Of a stretch of DNA of 64,000 nucleotides, positions 30,427-44,450 are shown piece by piece (position 1 is the first letter of the stretch; each line of letters begins with the position of its first letter). The notes beneath the pieces are model-generated. The model did not search any database, was not told the origin of the DNA, and saw nothing but the letters and a program-made list of their open reading frames with translations. The stretch comes from Lytechinus pictus (lineage: Eukaryota). The stretch covers positions 17,050,001 to 17,114,000 of the forward strand of contig NC_087251.1 of the NCBI RefSeq assembly GCF_037042905.1, written 5' to 3'. The position numbers were made by a program, and so were the translations under genes.

Positions 30427-33400
30427 TCATTCTTGGTCATCAGACAAGAGATGTGCAGACTCTTCTTTGAGGCATTCACGTCGTGAAGGTGCTGCTGTCA
30501 TTTTATTCAATTTTCGCATTACCATGAACATCATGGCAACCAATGCCATGACAACCATTGCCATGGCAGCCGAAGCGATTATCCAGGGGTTGAAAGTGGT
30601 CTGAGATGGTGCAAGACCAGGTGTATCTGTTTGAAATGGTAGAGAGGGAAAATATTGTTGACAACACAGATAATGAATACAAAATTTACAATTGAAATTA
30701 TCGTACGAGTAATCTGTACTAAAAAAGTATTATATTGTGCAAATTACTGAGTCGAGGTTAACTTGTAACAAATTCGAACAAGCATTTTTCAAATATGACT
30801 TTCCACAAGACCGTCTCGACTTTGACAATCATTTGTTTTGATGACATCAAACACGTTCGTGACTTAACAGCCTTTGCCAGATAAAAGTCCGACAAGTCAT
30901 TTCGTAAATCGTTTCCCTGATCTAGCTACACATGCAAATGTTACCGTTTTCATTGAACTGCAGACGTGAGATTGTTTTCTTCTCCGGAGCCGCACGAACG
31001 AGACGAATCGGCCCACGGGTAAAGCGTTTTGTATTTTGTTCGTTGATATTAACATCACGTCGTCTGCGACTTGCTGCATCGCTTTCACAGCTGTCATCGT
31101 TACAGACAGAATTTGTGTTCTCCGAATCACAGACCAACAGGTTGCAATGAATGTAAACCTGGACAGTTAAATATAAAGTAAAAGATCGATTACAGGTGTT
31201 AAAGAATAAGAATCTCCAACATCAATACAAGGCCATACAAACTCCCGAGAGAAGTAAATATTTTTAAAATGAAATTGTCGACCGTTGTCCTATTTTGATT
31301 AATGTCTCTTTTCGGGCTTGGCAAAGGTCTCCCCAATCTTAACTCATTGGTAGACTGTCTTTATCGATGAACCATTTTTTTTACAATGTGAACCCCTAAA
31401 AAAATGTACAGACTTGCAGTAGACGGTCAGACGCGGAAAAGTTGTTATTTGATGTCACACCAAAAAAATCAATGTAGCAAATACACATGTTCTACATTTT
31501 AAATAAAGAAAGAATTCGAGTCACAGACCCTACTATTATTATCAAGTTTTTAAAGTTGGTAGTATTGGTACGATGAAATCCATGTAGAAAGATAACATTG
31601 ATCATTGCATACTACTGTCATACTATTAAATTGTTGAGAGTTTAATTATAGTGCATGGACATCGTCCTGTCAAGGTATTGATGCGTGTTTGCATAACAAA
31701 AATCAATCGATAGCTTGGATTGACTGATTCCATGCGACTTACAAAATCTCCTTGATCGATGAACCGGAAAGTATTCATTTCGACCCCGACCCGATGTCCA
31801 CCATCTAGTCTTGTGATGTTGGTATCGATTCCATCCGCTGAACAACTGAAAGGGGGCAAAAGATTAAGAAATTTAATTTTTCGATAACATAAAATAACCA
31901 CTATAAAATAAGATATTTTTAGATGTTCTCTCTATGTATGAATTATTGGAAATGTTAATCCTACCGTTACACACAGGACAAGAATTACTTCAGTCACCTT
32001 GCTATGTATCGTTGTTTAGTTTCTTTAATGGAATTTGAACATTTTATAACTACGTTTCTTTGATCTCGTAAAAATCATTTAGTATAATAACATTGCGCGT
32101 CACATACCCGTCTACGATGAAATCATAACGAATGTCATCTTCGTATTGGGACATGGGTGTTGCCCGGCACGATCGAATGCTCAGATCAAGAGTTCCTTCG
32201 AGTGACGTCACTGATGCAGCGAAGTAGAGGTCCTCGTTGAGTCCAATCACCAGAGGATATCGTTCAACCACTTCATTGTAAGAATCATCGGTGTAGAGTT
32301 CGAAAGAGAAAGAATATTCTCCTTTCTCCTCGAGAGTCTTGTCGATGGTGTAGTCGCTCAACTGGTAGCGTACGGATTCCACGCGTTTGCTTCGGTTGTA
32401 CGAACACGTCAACGGTATATCGACGGCATACAGACGGCTGATGATCCCGTCTTCGTAACGGCTGACCACTTGATTCGTGTAAGTTTCTTCGGATGCAGAT
32501 TCCTGGAATAAAAAAAGTTACCAAGAAATGTTGGTTATTGTCTACATATAGAAATTAGATAGAAACAGAGGAAGACACAATATTTTTGACGTGCATATTA
32601 TCTAATGATTACTTGATTTCACTCCTGGACACGGTGTTTTAGGTTTTGATGGCATATCTCTTTCTCCTTACCCTTCATGGCCAGATACCAAAGAATGTGC
32701 CCCACACTGCATGATAATCTGATTATTTTAAATAGTTCCCGCAAAATGTAATGACCAACATAACTTCGATGATCGAACCGAATCAAACTAAATCAACCGG
32801 GTATTCTTCGGCATTGGTGGACCTGTCACGGCTCATACCATAAAGATCTTCAAAGCAATTAGAGGCTAATGGACGTGTATGTTCATAATTCCTTAAGCAA
32901 AAAAAAAGTAATTAAAAGAATGATCATTACCGATACTGATGTCCCACAACCTGTAAGGTTGGTAGTGAGTTCAATGATGTCCATGTTGAATTCATTGACT
33001 TCATCGATTCCCCAGCAGTCCTCATCGTCTTCAGACGCCAAAGCAAAACGAACATCGGTACCAACCATGCCACCAGTTAGGAGAGTCTTGGGAATCTCTA
33101 CGATCATCTGAGTGTCCGTACAGGTCAGGATGATTCCTTCGGTGTCAAGCTCTGAAACCGTCATGGTATGAACAGTTCATCAATAAGATTGAAATATCAA
33201 GATATCTTACACAGTAATAAGTAAATAAGCTATGGAAGTTTGCCCTTTAAAAGTACCATAGGTTGTATCACACACTCCCGTCCAACTATACCGTTTGCAC
33301 TAATCTAACATTTTCTCCACACTGTGTTTGCGGCAGGAACTCTCATGACCAAGCACGTATTGTATTTGAAGGGCAATATTTGAAATTCTTTACCATTTTT

Positions 33401-36400
33401 TAGCGAGTATCTTGAATAAAGTGGATTTATTGTATTGGTATATTCCCTGTTAGTCAGGGATAATTCGTTATGAGGCCTTCTATTGTTTTCGATTATGGCA
33501 ACTATTCCGATGACACTGTATCCTCATACAGCTCGTCGCAGTAGTAGGTGACGACGTCGCTGGTTTTCACCGCGCGATGGCGGTGGTTTACCTGGTGCAT
33601 TGATGCCATTCACTGGCGAGGAATTGATTATTCATCAAATTATTATATGTGTGTAATTCAATGTCTGTCGGGGCATATGTCATTCGGATTTCTACTCGAT
33701 GGTTTGTAGGGAGCAGGAACTGATCATGGAAGGCACTTACTTAGGACTGGGATGTTCTCGATAAATTTCAGGTTGTTTGGACACAGAATTACTAGTAAGT
33801 TCACGGTTTATGATAAGTACAAAACAGATTATTACATGCCCACTAAGTCAAAATATGACCATGCAATAACGTGAAGTAAAAGTTCCAAAATTTAGGTACA
33901 GAATTTTGAACCACATTCTACAAAGAATTAATATACGTCCTAGTCACCGATATTGAAAAAAATATCAAAAGCCAAGTCCAAGAAAATTACCATTGGCCGG
34001 TGTAGCGTCTTGTTCATCTTGAATAAAGCCATTGTTGGATATGATCTCTGCAAAAACACTAGATGATTGTTTGGCTTCTCGAGGTCGAGCTGGATCTGAG
34101 AAGTTTACGTAATGGAGTCCGAAACGTTCGCTGTAACCAGAAGCCCACTCGAAGTTATCCAGAAGTGACCACGCTGTATAGCCTTTGACGTCAACGCCGT
34201 CCATATTGATAGCTGGAATGGGAGAGGGAGATAGAGCGATGAAAAACTGTATAATGACGTGTTCAATATTCAAGAACAATATTTTCAGGGTGTTTGGGGT
34301 AGGCCCTGTATTATATTGAATTCTAAACGTAATATGCCTATAAGATATTGTTGTGTTTATTACCCTTTAGAAGTTCATTGATGTAAGCTGTGTAATAGTT
34401 TTGTCTGATTTCGTCATCAAGTTCGTAGATGTCAGATGTGGAAACGCCATTCTCCGTCACGTAGATGGGTACTCCATACTCTTCATAGATCCAGTTCACA
34501 AGATTGCGAAGGCCCCATGGAACAATCTTCAACCAGCTAGATCCAGAACCAGGCCAACTTTGATCCTGGTATGAACCCACATCTGAATCGGTCCAGTAGC
34601 TGGGAGGGTTGGAAAGGTATTCTGGGACAGCGAATGCATAGTTAGAAGTATAATGATTCAAACCAAAGAAGTCACTGGTTCCTATAATCCTTTCTATCTC
34701 TTCTGCTGTGAATTCAGGCAGTCGAGATTCGTTGAATCCTTGGGCAGCGCTCTTCTTGGCGATTTTGGTCTTCATGATCTCAGGGTAGTCACCTTTGAAG
34801 ACTGGATGAGCAAACCAACCGAGGTTGAACTGAAGGGCTCTATCAGATGCATCCAGACTGGTCTGGTTCGTCCTGTCCAGTGGTTCTGACCAATCAGAGT
34901 TCAACGTAATTCCAATTTCTCCTCCCTGTAAGAAAATATCATATTATACCGTTCAAGCAGTCGTCGTGGAATGTTTCCTTTTCAAGCGACTTGTCAAAAG
35001 TATGTTATGTTTGAAACCTCAACAAAACATCATCATATCATACCTTTTTCTGAAACAGAATAAAACAAAATGTCATCTTCATTAAAGTAAATAAAACTTA
35101 ATGATCAGAGAAAATAAAACTGGGACGGGAAAGAAATCCGATTTGTATTATACATGCAATATTGTGGTCATTGCCAAATCAAAATAACGTGAAAGTTCCG
35201 CCTGTCTTAACGAAATAATTGTGCAAATACCTGACTAAGTCTGTAGGTGTCGTTGTATACGTGGTATGCTTCGGCATGGGATTTAAGGAGATTGTGTGTG
35301 ACTCTGTATGGAGCTGTTCCAATATCTGAGATTCCTGGAGCAAACTGTCCGGTGCCATACCCAAAGAGAGACACGATCCAAGGTTCATTGAATGTGATCC
35401 ACAGAGGGACTCGATCCCCGAACCTTTGAAAGCAGAGCTCGGCATAGTCCTTGAAATGTTGTACGATGTCTGGGGTATCCCATCCACCAATGTCCTGCAG
35501 AGCTTGAGGGAGATCCCAGTGGTAGAGGGTGACCATAGCCTTGATACCATTCGCAGCCATCTCATCGATTAGGTTATTGTAGAAAGCGATACCAGGCTCG
35601 TTGATGTTGTTGATGGTTCCATCAGGAAGGATGCGCGCCCAGGAGATGGAGAAGCGATAGTATTCTAAACCCATGGCCTTCATCAGAGCAACATCTTCTT
35701 TATAGCTGCAATGTCGGGCAAAGAGAGAGGTTGGTCACTTATGGAAAAGGAGCTATACCATAATTAGGTTTCACTCAACTATAGATATACACAGTAAAGC
35801 ACGACCAGAATAAATGTGGTTCAGATTTATAAAGAAAAGGGGCGACAGTTTATTAAGGGAATAAGATATTTGTTTATTGATTTTTTTTTAATTATTATTT
35901 TCAAAATGTTGGTTTTTGTGCTATCTAGATTTTTTTAATCAGTCGGAACCTATTTAATACTTCCCATTGGAATTAAATGTATCAGAAAAAAGGTGGGAAT
36001 AGAGTACATGAATGGGCTATTTTTGACAAACCGTTTTAGGGGTCATTTTGAAAATCTTTTAGTGAGTACGTGTGTGAGAGCGGGTGTGTGAGGGTGTGCG
36101 AGGGTGGTTTTGTGTGTGTGTGTGAAACAAAATAAGTATATAGGCATTTAAAGCTGTTTTCCCTCTCAATTTACAGGACTGTATAGAACTATGTATTGAC
36201 CCGAATTTAGAATCATCTTTTATCTTAGAGAAAAAAATAGTGCTTATTTTGATATTTTGCCAGTACAACTGATCATTAGGGGGCGTTCTAAAAAGTTATC
36301 TGAAGTCATCATTGATTTTCTAAAGAACACTTTACCATCATGATCAAACAAATATAAAAGTTGTTGAATAGTGGACAATGGTGGATCGAACTTGCAAAGT

Positions 36401-38990
36401 TCTTGTTTCCTTTTTAATGATTAGCATGGGCCTTTTTTTTTTAACAAATGATGATGAATAGTTGTATAATTAAGCGGTTACCTAAGAAAAGAAAAGTAAT
36501 GTAAACTTATTTACATGCACTCTGCCGGCGCAAAAATATACACTGCCTTAAGTTCTAACTAAATGTTGTATGTTAGCATTCATCATTTTAACAATGAAAA
36601 AATGGACATTATGAAAATTACTGAACAGTTTCAAGATCTAACAAAACACGATTTATCAAATATTCGTAGCTCTCTCATCTCGCTTCCCATGTATGTCATA
36701 CCTTAATCTTGATAATGATCAACTCGTATGCTTCTTAAAATATTTGTTTTTATCCAGCGTAATTTCAACAATGTTTCAACATAAATTTTCCACTTCCCCG
36801 TTCACGTGCAACTGACTATAAGATTATCTTTGATTTCTGTTAAGTTCTGGAAATGTAAGAAATTCGTTTATCGATGTTCGCCCCCATTTAAAGTGTTTAT
36901 TCGCAAACAGATCAATGGGCGACACAGCGGATACAAATATTTACTTATTCCTCGTTTGTTACCGAACTTAACATGTAATTAATCATTGGTTAGCTGCGTT
37001 AACCATTAGTTGACAAAATAATGAAATAGTCGGACCTGGCAATAAAACATAAAGTAAAAACTACTGTTTAGTAAGGCAAACACAGCAGCACCAAATATCT
37101 AAAAACTTGTAGAGTTTTTTTTTAGTTCTTAGCGACGACGCTGTTTGCGTTGAGGGGAGTAAAACCAGTGACATGAATTTGCTTCAAGCAGTACGACTTA
37201 AAGATGAAATTTTCAAAATTTCGGGGCCAAAAAAAATTCAAGCGTTATTACGCTAAAGATGGTATAACGTACAAAAAATTAAGCGCTCTACTACCCATCT
37301 TCTTGTTTTACAACGTTTTAGTTCTATTGCATGACAGTTTTATCCATCGATCTTTGTTGTTTTATAGTTAGCTTTGATGGTACACGCAGATAAAGAACGA
37401 GTAAGCGAAGTTGCTCCAAAGCGTCTTTTTGAAGGGACAATCAGAGCTTCAAAATGTCTCTGAATAATGCTTCATGTATAGTATTAATTGCGTTTTGAGC
37501 AAGCCTTTTTATGAACAGTCGATTCAAATTAGGGATATGAATTCGAAGGAAAGGAAAATGATCACTTATCAAAAAGAGAACTGACACTTCAACAAAGAAA
37601 AGTAGCACATGTATTATGTATGTATCGTTTATCAGACGCTAACCTAAAACATCCGAAATCAGTCGAATGAATTCTATCACAGATAAAAAGCGAGACGAAA
37701 CTGGGAGGGTGTGAGTACTTTAACAATGAAGGTGGGATCTTTTCACCAAGAATAAAGGTGCCATTATACATTTATCAGATACTATTATGTCATTCTGCAA
37801 TTAATGGAAAGATGTTTTTAATCAAAGTCAAATTAAAAAGGGCAAGATTAATGGGGCTGGTGCCATGAAATAAGACACCCTTAAAAGCGGATAAGTATTT
37901 GTCTGTACCAAAAATGGTATTGCAAGCGTGAAAAGGACACTAGATGGAATTGAAAAGAGAGGTTTCGAATAATTCTTGAATGATATAAAGATCTGATACA
38001 ACCTTTAGAATTCTAGAAATAAAAAAAAAACAATTATAGAACTAGAAATTAATCGTCTTTTAGATATTTTAGAGTGTTATGGTAAAAAACTTATAGTCCT
38101 GTATAAAATGAAGAAAATCCTTTAAAAATATGGGAGGTACTATTTGGGAGTACTATCCTTAGTATTTTAGCGGAAAATCTTATTTTATCTACAAAATGAA
38201 TAACTAATACTTTTTCCTTGAAACAAAGACCATCACTTCTCCCCAAATATAAGATAGGAACAAGGGGAAAAAAAACTATTTCAGATGAGTGAAGACTTTT
38301 CATGCTGTCGTATTTTGTCATTCATAACCGAATCAGATGAACGTTTTTAAGAAATTCTGTCTGGTGACTATTCACTCTTCGATTTGGACTTGAAATTTTT
38401 ACACTTGTTCATTGTTTTTTACATCCTTTGTTTTTATTTTGTTTAATATATTCAATAATCAGAAACAAAGGGTGTTTAAGCAGTTTAAAATCATATGATA
38501 GCCAACACACTCTATCCTTTTTTCTTCATGGATAAATCAATATCACTTCCCCGTTATACGCTTGTGAAACGTTGGTGAAATTCACTGCATTATAACAGCG
38601 TTATCTCGAATCTAAATAAATCATGACATTTAGATAAGTCTCGAAAGACTTTAAATGATAATTCCAGTCGTTAACAGGTTTAAGAACTTACTTATGATAG
38701 CTGTCACATGCTACATCTCCTGTATCGTTGTTGTAGACGTTTCCTCCTTCATGAGTGAATCTATCCCAGATATTTTCTCCTTTCCCTTCTGTATCCCAAG
38801 CTCCTTCGATCTGGTACGAGGATGTCGCTGAACTCCAGATGAAATCCTCGGGGAAGGTGCCGTAAAGGAAAGCATCTCGATCAGGGTCGTTCCAGTAATC
38901 AGGGTACACGAATTCAACCTCCTGCGAAGCAGCAGAATACAACAAACTCAGAAATAAGAACAAAAGTCCTTGTAAGAATTTGAAAGGCAT
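30427..38990 (-). CDS. GH1-3: signal peptide - GH1 beta-glucosidase - ZP module - furin site - TM - cytoplasmic tail fusion protein, ~896 aa
   Basis: Exons 38990-38692, 35705-35231, 34925-34364, 34212-33991, 33151-32931, 32502-32108, 31845-31743, 31158-30945, 30626-30427 (2691 nt, all GT-AG, phases 2,0,1,1,0,2,0,1). GH1 catalytic motifs are intact. The join at 33991/33151 is inferred; without it the GH1 part stops at 33965. Confidence 0.82.
30945..33151 (-). other. Zona pellucida (ZP-N plus ZP-C) module, exons 5-8 of GH1-3
   Basis: Cys pattern [34 protein letters not shown] (ZP-N) and [59 protein letters not shown] (ZP-C). Followed by the RRRR furin site and the GPIRLV external hydrophobic patch. 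Confidence 0.92.
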
Positions 38991-39634
38991 GTTTCCGTAC
39001 TTTGATGATGCTTAATAAAACTGCGGAAATTCACCGAACTTCACATCTGATGTTAAAAGTGTTAGCACTACTTCAAACTGACCGAGTTACTTAATTATGC
39101 ACGCATGCGCGACTTCTTCTACCCTTCAAGATTTCTTCGCACGTAACTTCAGACATAATTTATGATTCACATACAGAATTTAGCTTTTTGTTAATCTTTA
39201 TAATGGTTGTCCATCATTATTATATTTACATAATTATAGAGGAATATTACACTTTGAACTTTACTGACTATAAAAACAGGTTTGGGCTGTTATTCAAAAT
39301 GGGTCAGCAGCAATTCAAGCGGTCATCCAGCACGACACACCACGAAACCACAAGGACCCCCCAATAAAAAATGGAAATTTATGAATTATTTCAAATACTG
39401 CCTCTTGTAACCATACAATGGGACCTGTAGATACTGTTTTGCAATATTGTCATGTGAACAAAATATTTCATTTCCAAATTCAACGCAGAATTGGTAGAAG
39501 CCTACATCCCAAAGTAAAAGGGTTACCATAAATGTGTTTTTGTTAATAATAATAATATTGTGCAACATATGATGAAGTGCGCATCAATACAGCACAAGGT
39601 AGTTTTTGTTTTCTATTTGCTGCGGTTAAGAGTC

Positions 39635-39637
<3 letters not shown>

Positions 39638-39668
<31 letters not shown>

Positions 39669-39702
39669 TGTGTGTGTGTATGAGTGTGTGTGTGTGGGTG
39701 TG
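39638..39702. repeat. (TA)n followed by (TG)n microsatellite
   Basis: Seen directly. Confidence 0.9.
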
Positions 39703-40330
39703 TCACATGATGCAGTTAGTGTTTGACTTGTTCCGTAGCGAACTTTGTTTCTTATCTATTTAGCTCTGAGATTTTATTCATCTTATCTAGTGTACATAGC
39801 CGCTGCGCTTATTGAAGTTATTCAACTGACTACAAAAGTACAGTAAGTAACCCCTTGCTTTCCACATTCTGTAAACTACGATAACTACGATCAACATCCT
39901 GGAACTAGAAATAAAGTCAAGAATAATAACACGCGATTACAGAACCGAAGTAAATAATGAAGATAAAAAGCAAAACTAAATTGAATGTTTTAACATAATA
40001 GTCCAAATATCGAAATGTCTTACATGATGCATTCTTTTTACACTTGGCGACATAATAATTTCGCGGATTTCGATAGTCCAAGTTTAATTACCAAACTGAC
40101 TTTTAGCCCTCAATTTTGTGACCTGAATATCTTTTCGCATTGTGAGTGGTACTTGGTTACCCTTATGTAATCCTGCAACCATTGACCCACTAAATGGTAG
40201 ACTGATAGAAATTGCTAATCGATTCAAAATAAATCAATGAAAATTGAGTAACAATTTTGATGTTCACTCCACGGCAACAAACAAAGGCGGAAAAGTGGTG
40301 CAAAAGCTATAACTTGTTTTATTATGCATA

Positions 40331-43207
<2,877 letters not shown>

Positions 43208-43286
43208 CTAGATTGAGGGACTGGATAAATCTCAACCAGTGTGGTGATGCCTGTATAATATCCTACTGATAATTTCAGCAGAAACC

Positions 43287-43294
43287 TATATATA
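43287..43294 (-). promoter_or_regulatory. Candidate TATA box of GH1-4
   Basis: TATATATA(GG) about 100 bp upstream of the ATG at 43189. Confidence 0.35.
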
Positions 43295-43939
43295 CTGCTC
43301 AGTCAGACAAAAATGATATCTGTAATGACCGAGCAGAGATATCACCTAATGAGATTGTGCTTGGTTAGGATGTACCAAACAAATGGAAGATTGGGAAATA
43401 TTTGGTGAAGAGATCGCCATTTTTTATCAGTGATGATTAGCTAATCCTTGTCCTTATCCAATCCTGACCGCGCCTGTTTGGCGTTATATCACAGTTAAAA
43501 AGATCAAAGACAAAGTCTGCAACTTAAAAAATATCTATAAATACCCCTCCCCTTATACACCAACAACTCAGTACATTTTCTAAAGACAATTGAAATAGTA
43601 TTGGTTATATACTTCTGTTTTCATGCCTATATAATTATATAAACCCCTCAAAAAAAGTTTGGAAATCTGACTTTGATCGATAATCCCTCCTCAGTTTTAG
43701 TGAATATTAATAAGTGATTGATATCAATGAATAGATCATTTAATTTTCTTTAAAATAATACCCTACATGATATGATTATGGTTCACATGGAGGTACAGTG
43801 TCTTAAAATGTGGGGCAAAGACAAAATTCAAAAGCTGCAAAATGACACAATATTGAAAGTCACTGTTCTTTTTTTCCGTAGTGATGAGTGTGTTTCTCAG
43901 CGTTTTCTTTTGTTTTCAGGCACCTAATATCAACATTAA

Positions 43940-44318
43940 AGGTATTGTTTAACTTTGTGAGCAGCCGATTAAAAAAATTCTCAAACCAAGATGAAACATG
44001 TGTACAAGTGCATGTATTAGAACTGATAACAACCTGAAAACAACCATTATTGAGAATGAAAAGCTAAAACTACAAGGCAAACCCCGATTTTGTAAATAGG
44101 CGTCTTATAGACGCCTAAATAGTACACATAAGTGTATGGGATGAAATTAAGATGGTGTTTTCGGTCACTTTATATTTCAAATTTTGAAGCACTAAATAAT
44201 TATTTTCGAACGCAATTTTTTCTGGGCTTCATTTGTGTAACATATCACAGACACAGGTGACAAGTGTGACCTTCTAGCTCAGATTTTTTAAAAGTCAAAC
44301 CAATGTTAACCAATCACT
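43940..44318. mobile_element. TTAA-flanked non-autonomous element (Kolobok/piggyBac-type)
   Basis: TTAA|AGGTATTGTTTAAC ... GTTAACCAATCACT|TTAA: imperfect TIR with TTAA TSD. Confidence 0.7.
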
Positions 44319-44450
44319 TTAACATGGAGATCTGTGAGAGAACATGGTTTGAGTAGTGTTTTGAAATACCGATGTATGTTTGTTTGTTTGTTATGTGTTT
44401 GCTTGTGCAGAGTTGTGTGTGATTCCATGTTAATGTTGAAGCTAAGGTGC

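Noticed and set aside
30427-33164. ZP exons as a stand-alone gene starting at the ATG at 33164
   Set aside because: [10 protein letters not shown] is not a signal peptide and lies just upstream of a good splice acceptor. A TM-anchored ZP protein needs a signal peptide, and the phase matches the GH1-3 donor. Not fully excluded.
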